64,000 nt of DNA from an uncultured Actinomycetes bacterium (GTDB lineage: Bacteria > Actinomycetota > UBA4738 > HRBIN12), in the NCBI GenBank assembly GCA_963704725.1, contig OY969934.1:2240001-2304000 (forward strand), written 5' to 3'. Position numbers and translations under genes: made by a program. Shown here piece by piece: positions 19,070 to 28,755 of this stretch. The notes beneath the pieces are model-generated. The model worked only from the letters and a program-made list of their open reading frames with translations. It was not told where the DNA came from and made no database searches. Numbering within the stretch: the first letter of the stretch is position 1; each line of letters starts with the position of its first letter.

Positions 19070-19789
19070 TCATCCCGGCGGGGGGGATGGGGTCGCGAAG
19101 TCGTACGTGTCGGCCCACGGATGTCCGGGCGCCCCGGGGAAGCCCTTGTCGTCCCCGTTCACGGTGACCTTCGCCGTGCCGCCCTCGGACAGCGCCACGG
19201 TGATCGAGATCTGCGCGCGGAAGGAGCGCCCCTCGCCGGCCCGAAGCGTGAAGGGCTGCGCCTCGCCGCCGTCCGCCGTGATCGTCACGACCACCGGCCG
19301 GCGCGCAAGCACCCCGACCGTGAGGCCCCGCGCGGCGGTGATCGCCGTCGCCGGAGCCTCGGACGGGAGCACCGCCGGCGGCGGCGCCGGTTGGCGCGCC
19401 GACAGGACGCCGAAAGCCGCCGCGAGGACCAGGACCGTCGCGGCCACCATGACGAGGAGCCGGTGGTTGTCGCGCCGGCGCCGGGCGCCCAGGGCCGGCT
19501 CGGGCTGCTGGGGGGTCGACGGCGGGCGGAGCTCCTCGCCCTCGGGGAGCGACGCGACGTACGCGGCGACGACCTTGTCGGGCGACAGGCGCAGGTACGA
19601 GGCGTAGGTCCGCAGGCACCCGCGGACGTGGACGTCCCCGAGCAGGCGGTCGAAATCGTCCCGCTCGAGGGCCTCGAGGAACTCACGGCGGACCCGGGTG
19701 TCCCGCGCCGCCTCGTCGATCGAGAGGCCGCGCGACGTGCGCACCTTCCGGAGCGCCCCCCCGATCCCGGCCAACACCGGTTGCTGCAC
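19070..19789 (-). CDS. rodZ: RodZ-like HTH membrane protein
   Basis: IGGALRKVRTSRGLS...LEALE...YASYLRL, TM helix, C-terminal beta domain; leaderless TAGGAT-6-GTG. Confidence 0.75.
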   Translation of the reverse strand: MQQPVLAGIGGALRKVRTSRGLSIDEAARDTRVRREFLEALERDDFDRLLGDVHVRGCLRTYASYLRLSPDKVVAAYVASLPEGEELRPPSTPQQPEPALGARRRRDNHRLLVMVAATVLVLAAAFGVLSARQPAPPPAVLPSEAPATAITAARGLTVGVLARRPVVVTITADGGEAQPFTLRAGEGRSFRAQISITVALSEGGTAKVTVNGDDKGFPGAPGHPWADTYDFATPSPPPG

Positions 19790-19977
19790 GCCTGCATCCT
19801 AGCCACGGGCGGGGCTCGCTCCCCGGGCGGGCGGCTCGATCTGGGGGCCGATCGGCCGCTCGGGGCGGATGCCGCCATCGATCTCAAGGACCTAGGTCCG
19901 ACGCCCGATGCCAGGATGGTGGGTTGGGGATATCGTCCTCGGCGTTCGGTCCGCCGCTGGTCGGGAGCAGCTTCGGC

Positions 19978-20358
19978 ATGATCACGCACGCGTCACAGCT
20001 CGGTTCGCGCTCCCCGTTCTCGCTGGTTCGCCTGCCGTCCTCCTTCGAGCTCGAATCCGAGGGACGCGTGCGTTACCTGGTCATGAACGGCAAGCAGGAC
20101 GACGGCGTGTGGGGACCCGTCGGAGCGCTCTGGATCTCGGCCGACGAGGAGCGGGGCGGGTTCCTCGTCCACCCCTGGGCGCTGTGGGAGGGCAGCGAGT
20201 TCGTCCGGAGCTACCGATCCGCGGTCCTGCGCGGCTGGACCGCCGGAGCGATCTACCGCTACTGGCAGGATGAGGTGTGGCGCGGGACGTACTCGGCCGA
20301 GAGCGAGGTCGAGGCGCAGACCCTCCTGCTGCTCAACGAGCTGCTCTGCACCCTGTAG
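19978..20358 (+). CDS. Hypothetical protein
   Basis: ATG after GGGAG, GC3-rich codons, fills the rodZ-ftsK gap. Confidence 0.65.
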   Translation: MITHASQLGSRSPFSLVRLPSSFELESEGRVRYLVMNGKQDDGVWGPVGALWISADEERGGFLVHPWALWEGSEFVRSYRSAVLRGWTAGAIYRYWQDEVWRGTYSAESEVEAQTLLLLNELLCTL

Positions 20359-20392
20359 CGCCCGGCCCCCTTCGACGACCGACCCCGCTCCC

Positions 20393-22591
20393 CTACACGG
20401 TGCGCGCCGAGCGGGACTCCTCCCACTCCTCGGGGGTCACGAGGACGTCGCGCGCCTTCGAGCCCTGCGAGGGCCCGACGATCCCGCGGTCCTCCATCAG
20501 GTCCATGAGCCGGCCGGCCCGCGCGAACCCAACCTTCAGCTTGCGCTGCAGCATGCTCGTCGAGCCGAGCTGAGAGCGGATCACCAGGTCGGCGGCCTGC
20601 TCGAGCAGCTCGTCGTCGCCACCCAGGCCAACCTCGTCGTCGACCGGAGGCCGGCCGAGGCCCTCCACGCTCATCGCGTACTCCGGCTTGCGCTGCGCGC
20701 GGATCCATTCGGAGACCTGGTGGACCTCCTTCTCGGTAACCCACGCCGCCTGCAGGCGCACGGGCTTGGACGCCGACGAGGGCGCGAAGAGCATGTCGCC
20801 GTGGCCGACGAGCTTCTCCGCGCCGTTCATGTCGAGGATCACCCGGCTGTCGGCCTGGCTCGACGTCATGAGCGCGATCCGGCTGGGGATGTTCGCCTTG
20901 ATCAGACCGGTGACCACGTCCACGCTCGGCCGCTGGGTGGCCACGACGAGGTGGATGCCGACCGCACGGGCCATCTGGGCGATCCGGCAGATCGCGTCCT
21001 CCACCTCGCGCGGCGCCACCATCATGAGATCGGCCAGCTCGTCGATCACGACGAGGAGGTAGGGGAAGTCGACGACGCGCTCCTCCTGGCCCGGCGGGAT
21101 GCGCAGCGTCCCCTCGGCGAGCCCGGCCCGGTAGCCGTCGACGTCGCGCACGCCGACCATCGCCAGGAGCTCGTAGCGCTGCTCCATCTCCCGGACGACC
21201 CAGGCGAGCGCCTCGGCGGCGCGCTTGGGATGGACGATGACCGGAACGAGCAGATGGGGAAGGTCGGCGAAGTGCGTGAGCTCGACGCGCTTGGGGTCGA
21301 CGAGCACGAGCTTCACGTCGTCGGGCGACGTGCGCATCAGCACGGACGTGATGAACGAGTTGATGAGGCTCGACTTGCCTGCGCCGGTCGCCCCGGCGAT
21401 CAGCACGTGTGGCATCTGCGTGAGGTTGACGAGCTGTGCCCGCCCGTGGACGTCCTTACCGAGGGCCACCGACAGCGGATGGCGGTCGTCCTTGGCCACC
21501 TTCGACCGAAGGATGTCGCCGAGCATCACGAAGTCGCGGACCCGGTTCGGCACCTCGACGCCGATCGCCGACTTGCCGGGGATCGGGGCGATGATGCGCA
21601 CGTCGGGCGTGGCGAGCGCGTACGCGATGTCGTCCGCCAGCGAGAGCACCTTGTTCACCTTCGTGCCCGCCTCGACCTCGACCTCGAACAGGGTGACGGT
21701 CGGTCCGCGATGGGAGGCGACGACGTGCGCCGGGACGCCGAACGTGTGGAACGTCCGCTCGAGCGCCTCGGTCGTGTGCTCCTCGTCGCGGGCGCTCCCC
21801 GCCGACGGCGGCGAGGTTCGCAGCAGCTCGAGCGGAGGCACCTGGTACCGGCCGCCCGCCGCCTTGGGCCGGACGAGCTCGGGCACCTCGATCGGCGCCG
21901 GTGCCGGCTCGGGCAGGGCCGCCTCGGGCTCCGGCTCGTCGAGCAGGTCGATCACCGCGACGTCCTCCGCCGTCCGGAGGCGGGCCCTGCGCCTGGGGGC
22001 GGGGGGCTCCTCGACCACCACGTCGTCCGGCTCCCGGTCGAACAGGTCGCGGACCTTGCCGATCACCGCGGACAGCGGGGTCCCGCTGAAGATCAGGAGC
22101 CCGAGCACCGAGGCCCCGGACCACACCACGGCGGCGCCGGTCCGCGACACGAGCTTGCCGAGCGGCCAGGCCGCGAGCGCCCCGATCGCTCCCGCCGCGT
22201 CGCTCAGCTTGTCGAAGCCGCCGTTCGGCCTGGGGTCCCCCCGGCCGAGCGAGAGCAACGCGAGGACACCGACCAGGGCGATGACGAACCCGATGAACAT
22301 CCGCACCCGCTGGCCCTCGGCGGCTCCGCGGAGCACCACGGCGCCCCAGTACACGGCCAGCACGGGGAAGGCCACGGCGGCCACCCCGGTCGCCCCGCGC
22401 AGCAGCCAGTCGATCCCCCGGCCCACCGGTCCCGCGGCCTGGAGCCACACGCTGAGGATCGCGAGCACGCCGAAGACGACCAGCCCGATCCCGAGCGCGT
22501 CGCGGGCCCAGGGAGCGAGGTGCTGGCGGACCGGCGTGCGGGCGCGGGTCGCGCGCTTGCGGCGGCCGCGACCCGTGGTCTTCCTCGCCAA
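20393..22591 (-). CDS. ftsK: DNA translocase FtsK
   Basis: N-terminal TM helices, GATGAGKS, IDELADLMM, ATQRPS, gamma domain LQRKLKVGFARAGRL. Confidence 0.96.
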   Translation of the reverse strand: MARKTTGRGRRKRATRARTPVRQHLAPWARDALGIGLVVFGVLAILSVWLQAAGPVGRGIDWLLRGATGVAAVAFPVLAVYWGAVVLRGAAEGQRVRMFIGFVIALVGVLALLSLGRGDPRPNGGFDKLSDAAGAIGALAAWPLGKLVSRTGAAVVWSGASVLGLLIFSGTPLSAVIGKVRDLFDREPDDVVVEEPPAPRRRARLRTAEDVAVIDLLDEPEPEAALPEPAPAPIEVPELVRPKAAGGRYQVPPLELLRTSPPSAGSARDEEHTTEALERTFHTFGVPAHVVASHRGPTVTLFEVEVEAGTKVNKVLSLADDIAYALATPDVRIIAPIPGKSAIGVEVPNRVRDFVMLGDILRSKVAKDDRHPLSVALGKDVHGRAQLVNLTQMPHVLIAGATGAGKSSLINSFITSVLMRTSPDDVKLVLVDPKRVELTHFADLPHLLVPVIVHPKRAAEALAWVVREMEQRYELLAMVGVRDVDGYRAGLAEGTLRIPPGQEERVVDFPYLLVVIDELADLMMVAPREVEDAICRIAQMARAVGIHLVVATQRPSVDVVTGLIKANIPSRIALMTSSQADSRVILDMNGAEKLVGHGDMLFAPSSASKPVRLQAAWVTEKEVHQVSEWIRAQRKPEYAMSVEGLGRPPVDDEVGLGGDDELLEQAADLVIRSQLGSTSMLQRKLKVGFARAGRLMDLMEDRGIVGPSQGSKARDVLVTPEEWEESRSARTV

Positions 22592-24301
22592 CTACACCTC
22601 CACGATGACGGGCAGGATGACCGGCTTGCGCTGGGTGACCTCGTAGAAGTACTTGTTCAGCGTTCGCCGGACGTTCTGCTCGAGCACACCCCGGTCGACC
22701 ACCTCGACCTGGGCGGACTCCTCCAGCGAGAGCATGACGCGTTCCCGGGCCTCTTCAAGGATGTCGCCGGAGGTCTCGTCGAAGACGAACCCCCGGTTCA
22801 CGATGTCGGGTCCGGCCATGACCTGCCCGTGGTGCGCGTCGATCGCCACGACGACCACGACGACGCCGTCCTTGGAGAGCTTGCGCCGATCCCGGAGCAC
22901 CACGTCGCCGACGTCGCCGATCCCCAGGCCGTCGACGAACGTCATGCCGGCCGGGACGCGGCCGGCCACCCGGACCGTCTCCCCGACCTCGACGAGGTCC
23001 CCGTCCTCGCAGATCAGGACGTGGTCGGCGGGGATGCCGACCTCCGTCGCGATCTTGGCGTGGTGCGCGAGCTGCCGCCGCTCGCCGTGGATCGGGATGA
23101 ACCACCTCGGCCGGACCAGCGACAGCATGAGCCGGAGCTCCTCCGCTGCGGCGTGACCGCTCGCGTGCACCGGGTAGGCGGGCACGTTGAACACGTCGGC
23201 GCCGGTGCGGTACAGGCCGTCGACGACCCGGTGGATCGCCGGCTCGTTGCCCGGGATGAGGCTGCTCGAGAGCACGACGCTGTCGCCCTCGCCGAGCTTC
23301 ACCCACTTGTGCTCGCGCGCGGCCATGAGGCTGAGCGCCGACAGCGGCTCGCCCTGCGAGCCGGTGCAGATCACGACGACTCGTGAGGGGTCGCGGTGCT
23401 CGACCTCCTCGATGGGGATCACGTCGCTCTCGGGCACGTGCAGGATGCCCAGGGTCCGCGCCGCCTCCACGCTCTGGTGCATCGAGCGGCCGAGGAAGGC
23501 GACCACGCGCTCGTCCGCGCGGGCGGCGTTCACCACCTGCTGGATCCGATGGATGTGGCTGCTGAAGCAGGCCACCACGACGAGCTGCGGCGCCCGGGAG
23601 ATGATGTCCTGCAGCGCCGGGCCGACGCTCCGCTCGCTGGCGGTGTAGCCGGACTCCTCGGCGTTCGTCGAGTCCGACAGGAGCAGGTGCACGCCGCGGC
23701 CGGCCTCCTCGGCCAGGCCGTGAAGGTCCGTGGGACGCCCGTCGAGCGGGGTCTGGTCGATCTTGAAGTCGCCGGTGTGCAGGATCGAGCCGAAGGGTGT
23801 GTCGATCGCCACGGCCATGCCGTCGGGGATCGAGTGGGTGACGCGGTGGAACCGCATCGAGAACGGCCCGACCGTCGCGGCCTCCCCCGGCGTGACCTGG
23901 TTGAACGCGGCGCGATCGCGGACCTCGTGCTCCGCGAGCTTGCCCTCGAGCAGCGCGAGCGTGAACGGCGTGCCGTACACCGGGAGCGGCCGGTCGACCT
24001 CGCGAAGCAGGTAGGCCAGGGCGCCGATGTGGTCCTCGTGGCCGTGGGTGAGCACGACGGCCTCGACGTCGTCGTACCGGTCGCGCAGGTACTCGAAGTC
24101 CGGGAGCACGAGGTCGATGCCCGGCATCTCGGCGTGGGGGAACGACAGCCCGACGTCGAGGATCAGGATGCGACCGCCGAGCTCGACGCAGGCCATGTTG
24201 CGGCCGACCTCGCCCACGCCACCCAGGAACACCAGCCGGGCGGGCGACGAGCCGGCGTCGGCGGTCACCGGGCCCTCGGTCCGGTCAGAGGAGTCCGGCA
24301 T
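22592..24301 (-). CDS. rnj: Ribonuclease J (start may be GTG 24268)
   Basis: GGVGEVGRN, HGHEDH, TGSQGEP, HASGH. Confidence 0.96.
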   Translation of the reverse strand: MPDSSDRTEGPVTADAGSSPARLVFLGGVGEVGRNMACVELGGRILILDVGLSFPHAEMPGIDLVLPDFEYLRDRYDDVEAVVLTHGHEDHIGALAYLLREVDRPLPVYGTPFTLALLEGKLAEHEVRDRAAFNQVTPGEAATVGPFSMRFHRVTHSIPDGMAVAIDTPFGSILHTGDFKIDQTPLDGRPTDLHGLAEEAGRGVHLLLSDSTNAEESGYTASERSVGPALQDIISRAPQLVVVACFSSHIHRIQQVVNAARADERVVAFLGRSMHQSVEAARTLGILHVPESDVIPIEEVEHRDPSRVVVICTGSQGEPLSALSLMAAREHKWVKLGEGDSVVLSSSLIPGNEPAIHRVVDGLYRTGADVFNVPAYPVHASGHAAAEELRLMLSLVRPRWFIPIHGERRQLAHHAKIATEVGIPADHVLICEDGDLVEVGETVRVAGRVPAGMTFVDGLGIGDVGDVVLRDRRKLSKDGVVVVVVAIDAHHGQVMAGPDIVNRGFVFDETSGDILEEARERVMLSLEESAQVEVVDRGVLEQNVRRTLNKYFYEVTQRKPVILPVIVEV

Positions 24302-25172
24302 CCACCAGTGCCTTGCGGATGCGATCGCGTTCCTCGGCGGTGGCCGGCACGAGCGGCAGCCGCGGCGGTCCCACCGGATGCCCCACCATGCCGAGCGCCG
24401 TCTTGACGGGGATCGGGTTGCTCGTGATGAACAGCGCGTTGAACAGCGGCGTGAGCTCCTCGTGGATCTTGCGGGCGGCCGGGATGTCGCCGGTGAACAA
24501 CAGGTCGCACATCTGGCGGATCCGATCTCCGACGAGATGCGCCGCCACGGAGACGATCCCCACCGCGCCGAGGCAGAGATAGCCGAAGGTCGCCCAGTCG
24601 TCGCCCGAGTAGACCTCGAACGCGGGCGGTGCCTCGCTGATGAGCCTCGACACCGCCTGGAAGTCGCCCGTCGAGTCCTTCACCCCGATGATGTTCGGGA
24701 TCTCGGACAGGCGCAGCAGGGTGTCGTGCTCGATCCGGGTCGCCGTGCGTCCGGGGATGTTGTAGACGAGGATCGGCAGGTCGACCGCGTTCGCCACGCG
24801 GCCGAAATGCTCGATCAGGCCGCGCTGGGGCGGCTTGTTGTAGTACGGCGTCACCAGGAGCAGGCCGTCGGCGCCGAGCTCCCTCGCCTCGCTCGACAGC
24901 TCCAGGGTCTCGGCCGTGTCGTACGTGCCGGTCCCGCAGATGACCTTTCCCCCCCCTTCCCGAGCTACCTCGATGACCGCGCGGAACAGGTCGAGCTTCT
25001 CCCGGTGGGTGAGGGTGGGCGACTCTCCGGTCGAGCCCGCGACGACGATCGAGTCGGACCCGTGCTCGAGCAGGTGGGCGGCGAGCGCCCGCGCCTGGTC
25101 GAGGTCCAAGGAGTGGTCCTCGTGGAAGGGCGTGACCATCGCGGTGACGACGGCGCCGAACCTACCGGCCAT
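24285..25172 (-). CDS. dapA: 4-hydroxy-tetrahydrodipicolinate synthase
   Basis: GSTGE, TPYYNKP, YNIPGRT, VKDS, NPIPVK; SD AAGGAGG. Confidence 0.96.
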   Translation of the reverse strand: MAGRFGAVVTAMVTPFHEDHSLDLDQARALAAHLLEHGSDSIVVAGSTGESPTLTHREKLDLFRAVIEVAREGGGKVICGTGTYDTAETLELSSEARELGADGLLLVTPYYNKPPQRGLIEHFGRVANAVDLPILVYNIPGRTATRIEHDTLLRLSEIPNIIGVKDSTGDFQAVSRLISEAPPAFEVYSGDDWATFGYLCLGAVGIVSVAAHLVGDRIRQMCDLLFTGDIPAARKIHEELTPLFNALFITSNPIPVKTALGMVGHPVGPPRLPLVPATAEERDRIRKALVDAGLL

Positions 25173-25301
25173 GAAGCCTCCTTCCTCGTCCGAAGCTGCC
25201 ACAGCTCGAGACCTCCCCGGAGGCTACCGCCGGAGCGAGCCGAGGGGTTCCGCGGTCGAGCAACGAACGTCTCATCGCCTCACGTCCATCACGATAGCCA
25301 C

Positions 25302-25568
25302 ATGTGTCACACCTTCACCATGAAGGTTACGTGCCAGATGCTTCACCCGTGCCAGGCATACCTGCCGTGCCAGCGCTGCCGAACGTGCCCACCATGTCAG
25401 GCGTGCGCCGAGAGGGACGCCTGGCACACGGGGCCGGCGAGGCGGGCGGCTCGCACGTGCCAGCCGTCGCCCGGGAACCCGCCGAGGCACACGTCAACGG
25501 GGAGCCCCTCGCATCCGTCGAGCCACACGTGCCGCCACCGGACCGGCGGACACCTCCGCGTATCCTAG
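25302..25568 (+). CDS. Possible Cys/His-rich small protein (88 aa); may instead be a non-coding repeat
   Basis: MCHTFTMKVTCQMLHPCQAYLPCQRCRTCPPCQAC...; about 85% GC3 by hand count; no SD. Confidence 0.3.
   Translation: MCHTFTMKVTCQMLHPCQAYLPCQRCRTCPPCQACAERDAWHTGPARRAARTCQPSPGNPPRHTSTGSPSHPSSHTCRHRTGGHLRVS
25328..25535. repeat. Degenerate 9/18-bp periodic repeat with CGTGCC core
   Basis: CGTGC(C) at 25330, 25348, 25366, 25384, 25402; CACG(T) at 25427, 25454, 25490, 25526. Confidence 0.75.
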
Positions 25569-25572
25569 CCCC

Positions 25573-26145
25573 ATGCCGCGCATCTACACCAAGACCGGCG
25601 ACGACGGTACGACCGGCCTCCTGTTCGGCGGCCGCGTCTCCAAGTCCGACCCGGTGCCCGAGGCGCTGGGCGCCGTCGACGAGCTCGTCGCCGCGCTCGG
25701 CCTGGCCCGCGCGCTCGCGGCGGGGACGCCGCGCTCGGACGAGCTCCTCGCCATCCAGCGGTGGCTGTTCGTCGTGGGCGCCGATCTGGGCACGAACCCG
25801 GCAGAGCGGGGCAAGCTCGAGCCGGGCGTCTCGCTCGTGACCGGGGAGATGGCCGAGGCGCTCGAGGCACGGATCGACGAGCTCGTGGCGAGCCACCCCC
25901 TCCCGAGCGTGTTCGTGGTGCCGGGGTCCAATCCCATCTCCGCAGCCCTGGACGTGGCGCGCTCGTCCGCCCGACGAGCCGAGCGACGCGCCGTCGAGCT
26001 CCGCGGAACCGGTGCACCGGTGACCGACGCCGTCCTGGCGTATCTGAACCGCCTCTCCGACCTGCTGTTCGTGCTGGCCCGCATCGAGGCCGGCGAGGCG
26101 GAGCCGTCGAGCCGGGAGGGCGCCGGGGACGGGGCGGGAAGCTAG
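25573..26145 (+). CDS. PduO-type cob(I)alamin adenosyltransferase
   Basis: IYTKTGDDGTT, GAVDEL, RRAERR, YLNRLSDLLF; leaderless TATCCT-6-ATG. Confidence 0.93.
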   Translation: MPRIYTKTGDDGTTGLLFGGRVSKSDPVPEALGAVDELVAALGLARALAAGTPRSDELLAIQRWLFVVGADLGTNPAERGKLEPGVSLVTGEMAEALEARIDELVASHPLPSVFVVPGSNPISAALDVARSSARRAERRAVELRGTGAPVTDAVLAYLNRLSDLLFVLARIEAGEAEPSSREGAGDGAGS

Positions 26146-26615
26146 GCCGTGCGCACGAACGCGCCGTAGTTGTCGGCGCCGAACAGCAGGATCACGAGCC
26201 CGATGTTGCGGACCTCGACGTCGGAGAACGAGATGTCGAACGTCGCGGTCTGCTCGTCCGCGATCGGTGCGGGTGACGAGACGACCCCGTCGATCTCGTG
26301 GCCGTCGCGCGCGTCGAGGATGTAGAAGCCGGGATCCCCCAGCTCGTGGCCGGACCCGTTCTCGACCTCCATCGTCCCGGCCGTGCCCTCGATCCGCATC
26401 GTCACGTGCAGGCCGGCGTTCACGTACTGGTACGTCCCGCTCGTCGCGGCGCCGGAAACGACGGGTGTGGGGCCGGTCGCGGCCGTTCCCCCGGTCCCCG
26501 CGGTCCCCCCGGTGGGGGTGGCCGTCCCCCCACCCCCGTCGCCGGTGCATGCTCCCACGGCGATCCCCACGACGAGGAGGAGGGCGAGCGCGAAGGGTCG
26601 GCCGGTAGTCTTCAC
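26142..26615 (-). CDS. Hypothetical lipoprotein
   Basis: Signal peptide with lipobox VGAC, G/T-rich linker, beta-rich domain. Confidence 0.75.
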   Translation of the reverse strand: MKTTGRPFALALLLVVGIAVGACTGDGGGGTATPTGGTAGTGGTAATGPTPVVSGAATSGTYQYVNAGLHVTMRIEGTAGTMEVENGSGHELGDPGFYILDARDGHEIDGVVSSPAPIADEQTATFDISFSDVEVRNIGLVILLFGADNYGAFVRTA

Positions 26616-26657
26616 TGGGCCGCGGCATGCTACACGAGGCACTCGGAAGGGAACCAG

Positions 26658-27119
26658 GTGAGGACGCTCGAGGTCCGTCGCCACGCCGAGCGCGAGCCCG
26701 CGGCCGACCGGCTGTCGGCGGCGGGCCGGGCCCGGGCCGAGGACGTCGGGCGGGGCCTCGACGTCGCGTTCGACGTGGTCTTCGTCTCGCCTGCGCAGCG
26801 GGCGGCCGAGACCGTCGCGTGGATGCTCCGGGGCGTCGGCGCACACCTGCCTCCCCACGCCGTGATCCCGGGGCTCGCCGCCAGGGACAACGACGGCTCA
26901 CCGCTGGCGATGGCGGGCGTCCTCTCGGCCCTGCTCGACGCCGTGCCAAAGGGCGGCCGAGCGCTCGCGATCTCGCACACCCCGCTGATCGAGCGCGCCG
27001 TGCTGGGGCTCACCGCACGCGAGCTCGAGCCTCTCGCCGAGTGCGAGGGGGTCGTCCTCACGAAGACCGACGACGACGCGCCGGTCGAGGTCGACGAGAT
27101 CCGGCTGGAGTCCGCGTAG
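26658..27119 (+). CDS. Histidine phosphatase family protein (SixA-like)
   Basis: RRHA, SPAQRAAET, ISH motifs. Confidence 0.8.
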   Translation: MRTLEVRRHAEREPAADRLSAAGRARAEDVGRGLDVAFDVVFVSPAQRAAETVAWMLRGVGAHLPPHAVIPGLAARDNDGSPLAMAGVLSALLDAVPKGGRALAISHTPLIERAVLGLTARELEPLAECEGVVLTKTDDDAPVEVDEIRLESA

Positions 27120-27161
27120 GGCGTGGCCGACGGCGGGTTCGCCGGGCCGGCCGCGTGGCCC

Positions 27162-27944
27162 CTACGAGCTCGGCAGCCCCTCGAACAGGTCGTGGATCAC
27201 CGGATCGCCGGCCTCGCGCTCCGGGAACGCCGGCACGAACGCCTCCCGGGCGAGCATCTCCCGCCACAGCTCGAAGGGCACGTCCTCCAGCTCGGCCTGC
27301 GTCCGATGCCGGCGGAGCGCTTCGAGCTTGCGGTCGTACACGCTCGAGCAGTCGACCACGACCCCCACCGACGCGTCCGGGACGCCACGCGGCTGGAACT
27401 CCTGCGTCGGATCGATCGGATCCAGCCCTCGCCGTCGCAGGAGCTCGTTGAACCGGTCGAGGAGGGACTGCGGGATCCCCACGTACAGCAGCCGGGAGAA
27501 CCCCTGCACGCCGGCGGCGCGAGCGGCGTGGAAGGCCGCGGTGGCCGCCGCCCCCACGGCGACGTGGTCGGCGTGGGCCGTGACGCCGTCGGGCCCGAAC
27601 GTGATCACGACGTCCGGCCGCGCCTCTTGCAGGATCGACAGGAACTCGGCGACGAGCTGCTCACGCGGGAGATCGGCGACGGCCCCGTCGGGGTGACGGA
27701 GGAAGTGGATCCGGGGCTCGACCCCGAGCGCGTGCCACGCGGCGCGGTCCTCTCCCTCGCGGACCCGGCCCAGGTTCTCCCGCGAGGCCAGGCTGGGATC
27801 GGCGATCAGGCCGGCCTCGCCGCTGGTGGTCATGATCACGGTGACCTCGACGGGGCCGTCCCCGTGCAGCGCCAGGGAACCTCCGACTCCATAGGTGTCG
27901 TCGTCCGGATGCGCGAACACGCACGCGACGCGCCGGTCGCTCAT
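27162..27944 (-). CDS. PIG-L family deacetylase (MshB/Mca-like)
   Basis: AHPDDD, TSGEAG, HADH, HRTQ. Confidence 0.88.
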   Translation of the reverse strand: MSDRRVACVFAHPDDDTYGVGGSLALHGDGPVEVTVIMTTSGEAGLIADPSLASRENLGRVREGEDRAAWHALGVEPRIHFLRHPDGAVADLPREQLVAEFLSILQEARPDVVITFGPDGVTAHADHVAVGAAATAAFHAARAAGVQGFSRLLYVGIPQSLLDRFNELLRRRGLDPIDPTQEFQPRGVPDASVGVVVDCSSVYDRKLEALRRHRTQAELEDVPFELWREMLAREAFVPAFPEREAGDPVIHDLFEGLPSS

Positions 27945-27957
27945 CGAGGCGTCCGCC

Positions 27958-28755
27958 TCACGGCAGGTCGAGGAGCGGCTCGAGCCCGACGGTGAGGCCC
28001 GGCCGGCTCATGACCGCGCGCGCGGCCATCAGGACCCCGGGCATGAACGAGCTTCGGTCGGTCGAGTCGTGGCGGATCGTGAGCGTCTGTCCCTGGCCGC
28101 CGAAGATCACCTCCTGGTGCGCCACGAACCCGGGGAGGCGCACCGAGTGCACCCGGATCCCGTCGAGATCGCCGCCCCGCACGCCGTCGACGCTCTCCGG
28201 CAGCGGCCCGCGCCACGCGGCGCGCCGCTCCTCCTGCAGCCGGCGGACCGTGGCCAGGGCCGTGCCCGACGGCGCGTCGGCCTTCTGGTCGTGGTGGAGC
28301 TCGATGACCTCGACGGCCGGCAGGAACCGAACGGCCTCGGAGGCGAACCGCATCATCAGGACGGCGCCGAGCGCGAAGTTGGGCGCGACGACCACGTTGG
28401 ACTCGGCGACGTCGTCCCCGATCGCCGCTTGGATCTCGGCCAGATCCCGGTCCGAGATGCCGGTCGTCCCGACGACCAGGTGGATCGCGTGGTCCACGCA
28501 CCACCGGACGTTGTCCATCACGACGTCCGGATGCGTGAAGTCGATCGCCACCTCCACCTCGGCCTCGAGCAAGCGGTCCAGCTCGTCGGAGATCGGGATG
28601 TCGATGTCCGCGTGACCGATCAGAGGCCCGATCCGTTGGCCCACCCGCGACCGGTCGATGGCGGCGGCGAGCGCGAGGTCCTCGGCCTCCGCGACGGCGC
28701 GGCAGACCATCAGCCCCATCCGTCCGCAGGCGCCGACGACGCCGACGCGGATCAT
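27958..28755 (-). CDS. dapB: 4-hydroxy-tetrahydrodipicolinate reductase
   Basis: GACGRMG, GTTG, ELHHDQKADAPSGTA. Confidence 0.97.
   Translation of the reverse strand: MIRVGVVGACGRMGLMVCRAVAEAEDLALAAAIDRSRVGQRIGPLIGHADIDIPISDELDRLLEAEVEVAIDFTHPDVVMDNVRWCVDHAIHLVVGTTGISDRDLAEIQAAIGDDVAESNVVVAPNFALGAVLMMRFASEAVRFLPAVEVIELHHDQKADAPSGTALATVRRLQEERRAAWRGPLPESVDGVRGGDLDGIRVHSVRLPGFVAHQEVIFGGQGQTLTIRHDSTDRSSFMPGVLMAARAVMSRPGLTVGLEPLLDLP

Noticed and set aside
25173-25300. Lysine riboswitch upstream of dapA
   Set aside because: Some pairing is possible, but the conserved AGAGGNGC core and overall architecture were not found
25330-25462. Sigma-54 promoters (TGGCACG on the minus strand) or a CRISPR array
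   Set aside because: No TTGC -12 consensus, and sigma-54 is not expected in this phylum; repeats are far too short for CRISPR and there are no cas genes
26142-26145. Overlapping convergent stop codons (also 3763-3766 and 40582-40585)
   Set aside because: Common in compact genomes; no further signal
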